This document shows positions 48,124 to 57,930 of a stretch of DNA of 64,000 nucleotides, in pieces. Origin of the DNA: Verrucomicrobiota bacterium (GTDB lineage: Bacteria > Verrucomicrobiota > Verrucomicrobiia > Limisphaerales > UBA9464); contig VHCG01000001.1 in NCBI GenBank assembly GCA_016871805.1, positions 129,562 to 193,561 of the forward strand, read 5' to 3'. The position numbers and the translations under genes were made by a program. The notes under the pieces were generated by a model that was not told the DNA's origin, searched no databases, and saw nothing but the letters and a program-made list of their open reading frames with translations. The stretch's first letter is position 1. Each line of letters opens with the position of its first letter.

Positions 48124-49380
48124 TCAGAACTTGTAGGCGATGTTCGCCAGCAGCAGCACAGCGTTGTTGCTGCCGTTGAACGGACCGGAGATGCCGGTGC
48201 CGACGAGGTTGTGATCCCAGATCGCCTCGAGTCGGCTGACCACGTTAGCCCAGAGGGCGTATTCCAGGGTGCCCGTGACCGCGAAGAGCTTCTCGCGCGA
48301 TGCGACGTAGCCATCGGCCTCACTTGCCAGCGGCAGGATCCAGACACCGCCCGGAGTCCTGCTGGAGTTGCCGTACTCGACACGGGTGTTGAGCTTGAGC
48401 TTCTCCGTGATCTGCAAGGAGGTGTAGAAGGCGACCGACTGCGCCCAGCTGTTGGCGGCGTAGCTGCTCGTAACGTAGTCGTACGAGGCGCCCAGGGTAA
48501 GCTGCTTCAGCGGGGTGGGGATGGTGGCGCCGACGTAGTAGTTCATCGAATTCGGCGAGAAGGTCTGTCCGCCGTCGACGATGCTGCCGGTCAGGGTGCC
48601 GCCCTGCAGGAATCCGAAGCTCTCGGGAGCGGTGAGCACCACGGACCCGAGATAGGTCAGCTTGCCATTGCCCTTGGGAGCGGCAGGTCCAGGTGCCGGA
48701 GCGCCAGGGAAACCATACGGAACCTGGGCCCACGGCTGCTTCTGGTTCATGTTCGAGTACTGGCCATCGGCGATGCCACCGTTGAGTCCCAGCCAGTCGA
48801 ACACCTTGTACGAACCGAGGATGCCGGTGTGGGAGTAGGGCTCCAACCAGTTGCCAAGGTTGCGTGAGAAGTTCGGGTTGGCGTACGCCGAGAGGACCTC
48901 ATAGCCGATGATGGTGTCGAACTGGCCGATCTTGAAGTCGAGCCCATTGCCGACAGGGGCACGGAGGGTGACGTAGGCCTGCTTGATCGCGAGGTTTGGA
49001 CCGAGGGAACCGGGGAGCCAGTTGGCGTCCTGACCGAACCACAGCTCGGCCTTGTAGCCGGCGCTCCACTGGGCGTCGTCAAGAGGCTTCTCGAGACGCA
49101 GCTCCACATACTCCAGGTTGAACCCGTTGTAGTGGTCCGGGGCCGTGTTCGCGAAGCGGGTGGCCATGGTGCTGCCGGTGCTCGGCTTCCATTGGGTCGA
49201 GGTCTCCACCGCGCCGCCGATGGTCGTCCCACTCACGAGGGTGGACACCGGACTCTCGTCCGCGAGGGCCACTGAGCCAAGGCTGATCAGCCCCGCCGTG
49301 GCGAGGGCCGAGGTCCAGGACGGACGGGACCCGGAGCGGGCTTGGAGGTTCGACGCGTTGGTTGCTTGGAATTCCTTCAT
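48124..49380 (-). CDS. Outer-membrane beta-barrel porin (OmpL/bbp2-like), paralog 1
   Basis: Signal peptide ...LATAGLISLGSVALA, alternating beta-strand pattern, and C-terminal ...LLLANIAYKF (terminal Phe). About 60% of positions are shared by eye with the gene at 49674. Confidence 0.8.
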   Translation of the reverse strand: MKEFQATNASNLQARSGSRPSWTSALATAGLISLGSVALADESPVSTLVSGTTIGGAVETSTQWKPSTGSTMATRFANTAPDHYNGFNLEYVELRLEKPLDDAQWSAGYKAELWFGQDANWLPGSLGPNLAIKQAYVTLRAPVGNGLDFKIGQFDTIIGYEVLSAYANPNFSRNLGNWLEPYSHTGILGSYKVFDWLGLNGGIADGQYSNMNQKQPWAQVPYGFPGAPAPGPAAPKGNGKLTYLGSVVLTAPESFGFLQGGTLTGSIVDGGQTFSPNSMNYYVGATIPTPLKQLTLGASYDYVTSSYAANSWAQSVAFYTSLQITEKLKLNTRVEYGNSSRTPGGVWILPLASEADGYVASREKLFAVTGTLEYALWANVVSRLEAIWDHNLVGTGISGPFNGSNNAVLLLANIAYKF

Positions 49381-49525
49381 AGTTTGTTGTGTTAACTGGG
49401 TGTGATGGACAGCACTAAAAGTGCCTACGATGAGGGCCCGTAGCAGACGACCTCCTCACTCCGCACCCTACCCGAGAAGCACCACTGGTGCCAAGCCCCA
49501 ATCAACTCCACCCCGACCTCACCAA

Positions 49526-49549
49526 AACCGCCGTTTTACGCCGGTTTTT
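49526..49549 (-). terminator. Possible bidirectional terminator hairpin downstream of porin paralog 2
   Basis: AACCGCCG tttta CGCCGGTT (one mismatch), with T-runs on both strands. It lies ~125 nt past the stop at 49674. Confidence 0.35.
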
Positions 49550-49673
49550 CCGATTATTTTTTTTGGCCTCATCCCCGATGGATTCGGGCCATGGCGTTTT
49601 TTGTTCAGCCCCTCCGAAATACTGTACGGATTTGTCCACCGGTGGCCTCCGGTCTCCCGAAGCAGGCATACGC

Positions 49674-50891
49674 CTAGAAGCGATAAGCGATCTCCGCCAT
49701 CAACAGGACCGCGTTGTTGTTTCCGTTGAAGGCGTTGTCCCGACGGAGGTCCCGATCCCACAGGATCTCGAGCCGCGACACCACGTTCGCCCATAGGGCA
49801 TACTCGAGGGTTCCCGTGAGGGCGAAGAGCCGCTCGGGCGAACCCACGACATATCCATCAGCCTCACCGGGCAGCGGCAGGATCCACACGCCTGCGGAAG
49901 TCTGGCTCGAGTCCGCGTACTCGACCCGCACGTTGAGCTTCAGGTCCTTCACGATCTGCCACGACGCATATCCAGCCAGCGCCTGGGCCCAGGTGTCGTT
50001 GACCATCGCATCATCCCAGGCGTGGGCGTTGTAGTCGTATGCGAAGCCCAGGGTGACCTCGGGAATAGGGGTTGGGAGGGTGATGCCGGCGTAGTAGTTG
50101 ATCGAGCCCTGCCTGCCCGTCATCCCACCCTCCAAGATGCCACCGGTGAGGGTGCCCCCCGAGAGAAAGCCCCAGGACTCCGGGGCCTTCAGCGTGACCA
50201 GTCCCATGTAGGTCAGGGTACCGTTGCCCTTCGGATAGGGTCCCGTCGGCAGCTGCCCCACGCCATAGGTCGGCAGATACGACCACGGCTGCTTGGTGTT
50301 CATCACACCGAAGGCGGAGTTCGCCGCGCCTCCGGTCAGCGTGATCCACGACGCCACCTCGTAGGTTGCCAACACCCCGGTGTGGGAGAAGGGCTCGATC
50401 CAGTTCCCGAGGCTGCGGGAAAAGTTCGGGTTCACATACGGCGCCAGGTACTCGTAGCCGATGATCGCGTCGAACTGGCCCACCTTGAAATCCAGTCCAG
50501 TGCCCACCGGAACCCGCAGCGACACGTAGGCCTGCTTCACCGCGAAGTTCGGGGCCAGGGCACCCGGCAGCCAGTCGGCGTCCTGCCCGTACCACATCTC
50601 CACCTTGTAGCCGGAACTCCAGCCGGCGTCGTCGAGCGGTTTCTCCAGACGCAGCTCGAGGAACTCGAGATTGAACCCGTTGTAGTGGCTCGGGGCTGTG
50701 TTCATGCCCCGGGTCGCCATCGTGCTGCTCGGACCCGGTTTCCACTGGGCGGAGGTGTCCACCGCCCCTGCGATCGTCGTGCCCGAGACCAGGGACGACA
50801 CCACGGATTCGTCCGCGGCGGCGGCTCCGCACAGAGACAGGGAAAGGGCTACGACACAGGGGCTCAGGAACCGACGGACCGGGGGGATCAT
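49674..50891 (-). CDS. Outer-membrane beta-barrel porin (OmpL/bbp2-like), paralog 2
   Basis: Track ORF 49674..50954 trimmed to MIPPVRRFLSPCVVALSLSLCGAAAA (signal peptide). The C-terminus is ...LLMAEIAYRF. It is collinear with paralog 1 (SSLVSGTTI.GAV.TS.QWKP...YNGFNLE..ELRLEKPLDDA). Confidence 0.8.
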   Translation of the reverse strand: MIPPVRRFLSPCVVALSLSLCGAAAADESVVSSLVSGTTIAGAVDTSAQWKPGPSSTMATRGMNTAPSHYNGFNLEFLELRLEKPLDDAGWSSGYKVEMWYGQDADWLPGALAPNFAVKQAYVSLRVPVGTGLDFKVGQFDAIIGYEYLAPYVNPNFSRSLGNWIEPFSHTGVLATYEVASWITLTGGAANSAFGVMNTKQPWSYLPTYGVGQLPTGPYPKGNGTLTYMGLVTLKAPESWGFLSGGTLTGGILEGGMTGRQGSINYYAGITLPTPIPEVTLGFAYDYNAHAWDDAMVNDTWAQALAGYASWQIVKDLKLNVRVEYADSSQTSAGVWILPLPGEADGYVVGSPERLFALTGTLEYALWANVVSRLEILWDRDLRRDNAFNGNNNAVLLMAEIAYRF

Positions 50892-51002
50892 GCGCCAGTT
50901 GTGGTAGTCGACACCGGACCCCGGTGGAAAGCCCCAACCACCAGCCCCAACCACCGCAGAACCGCGGCGTGCCCGGAACTCGATCCGCCCGGCCGCCCGG
51001 CC

Positions 51003-52232
51003 TCAGCGCCACAACGCGGCGGCGCGGTCAAACCGCTCCGCCGATCGGACACAGCGGGGGCCACTGCCCTCGTCCCACCAGACCTCGGCCAGCCCATGGG
51101 AGAACCGGGTCTCCCACGACAGGTGGTACGCCCCGGCATCGAACCAAACCAGGTGATCTCCCGGACGGACCGAGGCCGGCAGATCCCGCCGTCCCAGACA
51201 ATCGAACGCCATGCAGGTCGGCCCGTGGACCGCCGTCGGAACGGTCCGACCCCGTCGGGCCTCGAGCACCTCCAGATCGTGCTCCTCCCAGACCGACACC
51301 ATCGCCTGAAGGGTCCTCCCCCCATCGCAGATCAGGAGGCGACGCCCCAGGCGTTCCTTCACATCGAGGACCCCGACCACCAGGACTCCGGAGTCGGCCG
51401 CCGGATGGCGTCCATGCTCGAGCCAGACCTCCTCGACCCACGGCATGCGGGCGACCAGGCCGCGTACCTCCGCGGTGTAGGATTCGACGCCTAGCCCTGC
51501 GCCGAATCGGGTCCCATCCAGACCCCGGGGACCGGCGGGGGCCAGTCCACCACCGACATCGATACACCGCGGGCGCCATCCCGTGTCGCGACACACCTGG
51601 ACGATCGCCTCGAACCCGCGACGGATCGTGGCGACATCGGGAAGATTCGTCTTCAGGTGGATATGGACGGATTCGGCCTCGAGCCCCTGTCCCACCAGCC
51701 GCGCCAGCGCCGCTGGGAACTCCGTCGGCTCAAGTCCGAACGGATACGCCCAACCCGGGTCCTCGGCGTCCACCTCGACCGGGGTCCTCAACCGCAGTCC
51801 GACCCGCCACCGGTCCTTCCGGGCGATCGGGAGCAGCGCCTCGAGTTCCCCGAGAGAATCGAAGTGGACCCGAAGTCCCTTCCGCGACACCCCGGGAAGC
51901 CACCGATGCTTCGCGGGGCCGTTGACAAGGATCTGATCGGGGCCGAACCCCGCCTGGAGCGCCCCACGGAACTCGAACTCGCTGACGACCTCGATCCCTC
52001 CCCGTGGGCGCCACCACCGCCAGAGGGCGGGCAAGGGTTGGGTCTTGGCGGACAGCCAGAACCGGGCGGGTTTTCCGTAGTCGAGACCCTTGAGGCGATC
52101 GATGGCCGCTCCGTAGGGTGCCGAGGCAAACAGGTAGAAGGGCGAACGTGCACCGGCATCCAGTGCCTTCCGGACGTGTCGACGCCACCCGGCGATCGAC
52201 CTCACTCCCCGGGCCTGTCGGGCGTCAGGCAT
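51003..52232 (-). CDS. Type III PLP-dependent decarboxylase (Orn/DAP/Arg decarboxylase fold), divergent
   Basis: SPFYLFA; candidate PLP lysine in WLSAKTQ; HIHLKTN; DVGGGL; EHGRHPAADSG (EPGR-like); GPTCMAFDCLG; FDAGAYHLSW. It overlaps the upstream radical SAM gene by 8 nt. Confidence 0.75.
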   Translation of the reverse strand: MPDARQARGVRSIAGWRRHVRKALDAGARSPFYLFASAPYGAAIDRLKGLDYGKPARFWLSAKTQPLPALWRWWRPRGGIEVVSEFEFRGALQAGFGPDQILVNGPAKHRWLPGVSRKGLRVHFDSLGELEALLPIARKDRWRVGLRLRTPVEVDAEDPGWAYPFGLEPTEFPAALARLVGQGLEAESVHIHLKTNLPDVATIRRGFEAIVQVCRDTGWRPRCIDVGGGLAPAGPRGLDGTRFGAGLGVESYTAEVRGLVARMPWVEEVWLEHGRHPAADSGVLVVGVLDVKERLGRRLLICDGGRTLQAMVSVWEEHDLEVLEARRGRTVPTAVHGPTCMAFDCLGRRDLPASVRPGDHLVWFDAGAYHLSWETRFSHGLAEVWWDEGSGPRCVRSAERFDRAAALWR

Positions 52233-53097
52233 AGACCGACACCGCGAGTCCCGTCCGGGACCGGATCGTGGCCGCCACGGCCTCGAGTTCCTCGGGACTC
52301 AACCGCGTGGCCGCCGCCTCCGGGGTCGGACGCGCGATCGTGTAGGCATGGACCTCCCGGATGACGCCGCCCGCGGCGACGATGTCCCGGAGCCGACCGC
52401 AATAGGCCTCCAGCTCCGCCGGGGACATCGGCTCGCCGTGCCACTTGAGGAACAGGCTCTGGATGATGATCGGCCACTCCTTGGCGGTCCGAGTGATGTT
52501 GCTCAGGATCCGATCGAGCCGGACCAGCGACCGGTTGATCGTGCGGTAATACTCCTCCGTCCCGGCGTCGAGCTTGCACCAGAACTCGAACCGGTGGGCC
52601 GCCATCAGGGCCAGGCCCTTGCGCACATCCGGCTTGTCGAGGCCTGCCGAGTCCGTGATCAGGACCAGCTTGGACGGGTCGAGACCGAACTCCTCGCGGA
52701 CCTCGATCGCGGCCTGCACGCACTCCGAAAAGTTGGGGATCAGTGTCGGCTCCCCGTCCCCGCTGAAGGCGATGTCACGCACCACCCGGGTGAGTTCGGG
52801 CACCTCACAGAACTTCGGCTGCTGGGCGAGTCCTCCCTCCTGGGCGAATCGGATCAGCCACCGGAGCTCGTCCCTGAGCTGGGCCACATCCACCCGATCC
52901 GCCCTCCCGGGCGTCTTACGATCCACCTCGCAGTAGACGCAGTCGAAGTTGCAGCGCTTGTCGGGGTTCAGGTTGATCCCGATCGACAGGCCCTGCGACC
53001 GCCGTGAGATCACGGGGTAGACGAAGATCAGGTCCCGGAAGACCCGGGAGTGGTCCTGGACGACCGCCCAGGAACTCTGGATGGAAGGCGACGACAT
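52225..53097 (-). CDS. Radical SAM protein (uncharacterised subfamily)
   Basis: CX3CX2C cluster motif in GINLNPDKRCNFDCVYCEV; the SAM-binding-like motif is AFSGDGEPTL. 290 aa. Confidence 0.8.
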   Translation of the reverse strand: MSSPSIQSSWAVVQDHSRVFRDLIFVYPVISRRSQGLSIGINLNPDKRCNFDCVYCEVDRKTPGRADRVDVAQLRDELRWLIRFAQEGGLAQQPKFCEVPELTRVVRDIAFSGDGEPTLIPNFSECVQAAIEVREEFGLDPSKLVLITDSAGLDKPDVRKGLALMAAHRFEFWCKLDAGTEEYYRTINRSLVRLDRILSNITRTAKEWPIIIQSLFLKWHGEPMSPAELEAYCGRLRDIVAAGGVIREVHAYTIARPTPEAAATRLSPEELEAVAATIRSRTGLAVSVYA

Positions 53098-53203
53098 CGG
53101 AGCGAAGAGCGGCGGGTGGCCAGAAACAGGTCGAGGGACCTCCAGCCACCGGATGCCTTGAACTCTCCGCCCTCAGCCCTCAGCTCTCAACTCTCTTTCC
53201 CCG

Positions 53204-54511
53204 TCAGATCGCGAAGTCCGTGTACTCGACCCGGACCGGTTCCTGGGGCGCCTCGAGCATGCAGGCACCGACCGTGGCGTTGGTGCCGGGCTCGATCAGG
53301 ATGCAGGCGCCCGTCAGCCGGTTCGTCGCGTAGCCGTCGTAGGGGAGCGGCTTGGCGATCCGGATCCGGATCTGGCCGATGTCGTTCATCGCCAGCTCGG
53401 TCGGGTTGGGCTCCGACTCGAACGTGTGGATGTTGATCCGGCTGTCGATCGCGGAGACCACGGCCTGGACCGTCTGGGTCGTGTGCTTGAGGAAATACTT
53501 CCGGCCGGGCTGCAACGCCTTGGGATGCATCCAGCAGACCCGCGCCTGCAGTTCGGTGCCCGCACCCGGAAGGGAGTCGAGGCCGACGATCATGTCGCCC
53601 CGGCTCACGTCGACATCATGCTCGAGCACGAGGGTGACCGACTGCGGACAAAAGGCCTCCTGGAGCGGGCCGTCATAGGTCCAGATCTCCTTCACCCGGG
53701 TGCGCTGGCCGGAGGGGAGGATCAGGACCGGCTGGCCGACCCGGACGATGCCGCCGGCGATCTGGCCACTGAGGCCCCGGAAATCATGCAGCCTGGGATC
53801 CCGGGGATTGTTCGGGCGGTTCACCCACTGCACGGGGAACCGGAACCCGTGGAGGTTCCAGTCGCTGGCGATGTGGACCGTTTCCAGATGGCCGAGCAGC
53901 GACGGGCCCACGTACCAGGGGGTCTGGGACGAGGCATCCACGACATTGTCGCCATTAAGCGCCGACAACGGGATGAACTTCACGTCCTTGATGTCCAGAC
54001 GCGGCAGGAAGCTCTCGAATGCGGACCGGATCTCGAGGAAGCGGGCCTCGGACCAGTCGACGAGGTCCATCTTGTTGATGGCGATGACCAGGTGCGGGAT
54101 GCGGAGCAGCGAGGCGATGTAGGTGTGGCGTCGGGACTGCTCGATGACGCCCTGTCGGGCATCGACCAGCACGACGGACAGGTTCGCCGACGAGGCTCCC
54201 GTCACCATGTTCCGGGTGTACTGCACATGACCCGGGGTGTCGGCGACGATGAACTTGCGTCGGGGTGTTGCGAAGTAGCGGTAGGCGACGTCGATCGTGA
54301 TCCCCTGCTCCCGCTCCGCCCGGAGGCCATCGGTCAGGTTGGCGAGGTTGATCTGGCCCCCGCCGGTGATGTCGGCCGACCGCTCCAACGCCTCGAGCTG
54401 GTCCTCCATCAGGGACTTCGAGTCGTACAGCAGCCGTCCGATCAGCGTCGACTTGCCGTCGTCGACGGAGCCGCACGTGTTGAAGCGGAGGATTTCAATG
54501 GAGGAACTCAT
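53204..54511 (-). CDS. cysN: Sulfate adenylyltransferase subunit 1 (GTPase), not fused to APS kinase
   Basis: G1 motif CGSVDDGKSTLIGRLL; also DTPGH and NKMDL. The 435-aa length means there is no CysC domain. Confidence 0.93.
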   Translation of the reverse strand: MSSSIEILRFNTCGSVDDGKSTLIGRLLYDSKSLMEDQLEALERSADITGGGQINLANLTDGLRAEREQGITIDVAYRYFATPRRKFIVADTPGHVQYTRNMVTGASSANLSVVLVDARQGVIEQSRRHTYIASLLRIPHLVIAINKMDLVDWSEARFLEIRSAFESFLPRLDIKDVKFIPLSALNGDNVVDASSQTPWYVGPSLLGHLETVHIASDWNLHGFRFPVQWVNRPNNPRDPRLHDFRGLSGQIAGGIVRVGQPVLILPSGQRTRVKEIWTYDGPLQEAFCPQSVTLVLEHDVDVSRGDMIVGLDSLPGAGTELQARVCWMHPKALQPGRKYFLKHTTQTVQAVVSAIDSRINIHTFESEPNPTELAMNDIGQIRIRIAKPLPYDGYATNRLTGACILIEPGTNATVGACMLEAPQEPVRVEYTDFAI

Positions 54512-54558
54512 GGGTCGGTCTCGAGGATCGGGTGTCGGATGGGGCGTCGGTCGGACTC

Positions 54559-55467
54559 TCAGAAGTACCCCTGCTTCTTGCGGTCCTCCATGGCGGCCTC
54601 ACTGGCCTTGTCGTCGGCGCGGGACCCGCGCTCCGTGACCCGGGCGGCGGCGATCTCGCGGATGATGTCATCGACCGACTCGGCCGGGCTTTCCACCATG
54701 CCAGTGCTGATGATGTCGCCGATGGTGCGGACCCGGACGATCAGTTCCTGGACCTCGTCCTTCGGGCGGACCGTCAGGAACTCGCTCACGGGAAGCCACT
54801 GTCCACGGCCTCCGATGCGGACGCACTGGCGGCGGTGGCTGAAGTAGATGGAAGGGACCTCGAGCTTCTCGCGCCGGATGTATTCCCAGACGTCCATCTC
54901 GGTCCAGTTCGACAGCGGGAACACGCGCATGTGCTCCCCGGCGTTCACCCGGGCGTTGTAGAGATTCCAGATCTCCGGACGCTGGTTCTTGGGATCCCAC
55001 TGGCCGAAGGCGTCGCGGAAGCTGAAGAACCGCTCTTTCGCCCGCGCCTTCTCCTCGTCGCGTCGGGCGCCGCCGATGGCGCAGTCGAACTGAAACTCCT
55101 CGATCGCGGCCAGGAGGGTCGGGATCTGCAGCCGGTTGCGGCTCACCTCACCTGGTGACGGCACAGCGATGCCCGCTTTGATGGCGTCCTCCACCTTGCG
55201 GACGATCAACCGCCCCCCGAGCTCCGCGGCGCGACGGTCCCGGAACTCGTTCAGCTCCGGGAAATGGTGCCCCGTGTCGACGTTGAGGAACGGCATCGGG
55301 ATGTCCGACGGCCGGAACGCCTTCTCGGCAAGACGGAGCAGGCAGATAGAGTCCTTGCCGCCCGAGAACATCAGGGCCGGCCGCTCGAACTCCGCGGCCA
55401 CCTCGCGCATGACGTGGATGGCCTCGGTCTCGAGATACTGAAGATGGTCGAGGTGGTAGGAGCTCAT
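54559..55467 (-). CDS. cysD: Sulfate adenylyltransferase subunit 2
   Basis: PP-loop FSGGKDSICLLRL; the conserved C-terminus is DDKASEAAMEDRKKQGYF. Confidence 0.93.
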   Translation of the reverse strand: MSSYHLDHLQYLETEAIHVMREVAAEFERPALMFSGGKDSICLLRLAEKAFRPSDIPMPFLNVDTGHHFPELNEFRDRRAAELGGRLIVRKVEDAIKAGIAVPSPGEVSRNRLQIPTLLAAIEEFQFDCAIGGARRDEEKARAKERFFSFRDAFGQWDPKNQRPEIWNLYNARVNAGEHMRVFPLSNWTEMDVWEYIRREKLEVPSIYFSHRRQCVRIGGRGQWLPVSEFLTVRPKDEVQELIVRVRTIGDIISTGMVESPAESVDDIIREIAAARVTERGSRADDKASEAAMEDRKKQGYF

Positions 55468-55497
55468 CGGGTCTGGAATCGGTGACGGTCGGACACT

Positions 55498-56166
55498 TCA
55501 GTGGGCGCCGGGATTCTCGGCCGCCTTGCCGCCCCATGCGGCGTGCAGGCCACACTCCCGCTTCTCGTCCGCCTTGGCCGGATCGAAGTAGTCCCACTCG
55601 TTGGGCAGGGCGTGACGCGCCAGATAGTCGTCCATCTGGGCGTCGGACCAGTGGAAGAACGGGCTGAGCTTGATCGAACCGAAGTTCCGGTCCTCCGACA
55701 CGATGTCGAGCTCCGCCCGGTTCGGGTTCTGCACCTTGCGCAGGGCGGTGATCCAGACCTTGGGGGCCAGCTCCTTCATTCCCCGCAGGAACGGTTCGAG
55801 CTTCATCACGGCACTGAACTCCTTCAGCGCCTCCTCCTGCTCGGGCGTCGGGATCGGCCCATGGATCGCATCCCGGTGCGCCGCGGTCATGCGCGGCAGA
55901 TAGGGTCGGATGTCGAGACCCAGACGCTTCCGGAGATCCTCGGCATGGCGGTAGGTCGCCGGGCGGTTGTATCCGTGGTCCACCCAGAGCACCGGCACGC
56001 CCGGACGCACCTGCGTCACCGCGTGGAGGAGGACCGCCTCGTAGGGGCGGAAGTTCGTGGAGACCACGGCGCGGTCCCCGGCCTGCTCGAATCCCCAGCG
56101 GAGGATGTCGAGGGGATCCCGGCCGCGGAGCAGTGCGTTGGCCTGGGCGATGTCTTGGGCGGTCAT
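55498..56166 (-). CDS. cysH: Phosphoadenosine phosphosulfate (PAPS/APS) reductase, thioredoxin-type without Fe-S cysteines
   Basis: Track ORF 55498..56229 trimmed to MTAQDIAQANALL... The C-terminal ECGLH motif is present and holds the only Cys in the protein. Confidence 0.85.
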   Translation of the reverse strand: MTAQDIAQANALLRGRDPLDILRWGFEQAGDRAVVSTNFRPYEAVLLHAVTQVRPGVPVLWVDHGYNRPATYRHAEDLRKRLGLDIRPYLPRMTAAHRDAIHGPIPTPEQEEALKEFSAVMKLEPFLRGMKELAPKVWITALRKVQNPNRAELDIVSEDRNFGSIKLSPFFHWSDAQMDDYLARHALPNEWDYFDPAKADEKRECGLHAAWGGKAAENPGAH

Positions 56167-56235
56167 GTCAGGAGAGCAGGGCGGGAGACGACGGGACGCG
56201 CGGCCCGAGCCGGCAGCGCGAGGCGACACTTGGAA

Positions 56236-57930
56236 TCAGGCGGCCAGCTCGGAGGTCCAGAACGCGCGGTCGACCCAGTCGCCGAACGACTCGTCGGTCT
56301 TCCGTTCCGCCGCATAGCGGCTGAGCACCGGCCGGAGCGTGTCGAGGATCTCGGAATCCTTGACCATCTCCTTCCAGGCCTTGGCGATGCGGGTGCCGTT
56401 GGAGTTGCCGCCCAGCCAGAGCTGATAGCGTCCGGGCGCCTTCCCGACGAAGCCGATCTCGGCCATGTAGGGACGGGCACAGCCGTTGGGACAGCCGGTC
56501 ATGCGGATGACGATCTCCTTGCCCGGGACGCCGACCTCGTTGCAGAGGCCTTCGATCTGGGTGAGGAGGTTCGGCAGGTAGCGCTCCGATTCCGCCAGCG
56601 AGAGGCCGCAGGTGGGCAGCGCCGGACACGCGATGGCACCAAGGTGCAGCACCCCGGCCTGGTTCTCGGTCGGGACCCCGTGCTCGGACAGGATCGCGTT
56701 GATCTGGGATTTCTCGGCCGAAGCGATCCCGGCGAGGATGAGGTTCTGGTTCGCGCTGAGCCGGAACTCCACGTTCGGGAACCGCTCGGCGATCCGGCGC
56801 AGCGCCGTCTTCATCCGCTCGCCCTCGCTGTCCTTCACCCGTCCCATGGACACGTGCAGGCAGATGTGATGGGTGCCGTCGACCGACTCCGCCCAGCCGT
56901 AGGTGTCGCGGGTCGTGGTGAGCGAGTAGGGACGGACCGGGCCCAGCGTGATGCCGGCCCGCTTCTCGATCTCGGCCCGGACGGTGTCGACGCCCAGTTC
57001 CTGGACCACATACTTCAGCCGGGCGTGCTTGCGGTCGGTGCGGTCACCGAAGTCGCGATGCACCAGCAGGACGGCCTTGGAGACCTCGATGAGGTGGGTT
57101 CGCGGGACGTAGCCGATGACACTGGCGAGCCGCGGGTAGGTGGCGGCGTTGCCATGGCTGCGGCCCATGCCGCCGCCGACGGCGAGGTTGTAGCCGACGA
57201 TGTTGCCGTTCTCGACGACTGCGATGAAGCCGAGGCAGTTGGTGAGGACGTCCATGTCGTTCACCGGCGGGAGCACGAAGGCGGCCTTGAACTTCCGGGG
57301 CAGATACTGGCGACCGTAGAGCGGGTCGACGAAGTCCCTGTTCTCGGCGGACTCGAGGTTGAGCTGGACGCCATCGAGCCAGATCGCGTGATAGGCCGGG
57401 GTCTTGGGCAGGAGCGCCTCGGAGACCCGCTTGGAATCCTCGTACAGCTGCTCCCGGGCCTGCGTGGTGGCGGGCGTCGGCGAGGCCATCACGTTGCGGT
57501 TCACATCACCGCACGCCGCAAGGGTGTCGACCATCGCCTGGTTCAGGCCCTTCATGAGCGCCCCGAGGCCGGACTTCGCCACGCCATGGAACTGCACGCT
57601 CTGGCGCGTCGTGATGCGGAGCGTGTCGTTGCCGTATCGGGTGGAGAGATCGTCGAACGTGATCCACTGCGCCGCGCTCAGCACGCCGCCCGGGATGCGT
57701 CCCCGGATCATCATGATGTGGAGCTTGCCCTGCTTGCGTTTGTCGCGGTCGTCCTGCTGGTAGATGCCGTGGAATTTCAGGAACTGCTCGTCGTCCGCCG
57801 AGAAGGCGTCGAGCTCGGGATTCGACAGCGTCGCCGCAATGTTCCCCGCCAGGGTGGGGATCGCGATCTTGAGCTGCTCGTTCTTGGTCAGCGGCTTGGC
57901 CGCCGAAGGACTGGATGCGGTCTCGGACAT
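56236..57930 (-). CDS. cysI: Assimilatory sulfite reductase hemoprotein (siroheme/4Fe-4S; ferredoxin- or NADPH-type undetermined)
   Basis: Track ORF 56236..57975 trimmed to MSETASSPSAAKPLTKNEQLK. Cluster ligand motifs are TGCPNGCARP and ACPALPTCGLS. There is no cysJ adjacent. Confidence 0.88.
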   Translation of the reverse strand: MSETASSPSAAKPLTKNEQLKIAIPTLAGNIAATLSNPELDAFSADDEQFLKFHGIYQQDDRDKRKQGKLHIMMIRGRIPGGVLSAAQWITFDDLSTRYGNDTLRITTRQSVQFHGVAKSGLGALMKGLNQAMVDTLAACGDVNRNVMASPTPATTQAREQLYEDSKRVSEALLPKTPAYHAIWLDGVQLNLESAENRDFVDPLYGRQYLPRKFKAAFVLPPVNDMDVLTNCLGFIAVVENGNIVGYNLAVGGGMGRSHGNAATYPRLASVIGYVPRTHLIEVSKAVLLVHRDFGDRTDRKHARLKYVVQELGVDTVRAEIEKRAGITLGPVRPYSLTTTRDTYGWAESVDGTHHICLHVSMGRVKDSEGERMKTALRRIAERFPNVEFRLSANQNLILAGIASAEKSQINAILSEHGVPTENQAGVLHLGAIACPALPTCGLSLAESERYLPNLLTQIEGLCNEVGVPGKEIVIRMTGCPNGCARPYMAEIGFVGKAPGRYQLWLGGNSNGTRIAKAWKEMVKDSEILDTLRPVLSRYAAERKTDESFGDWVDRAFWTSELAA

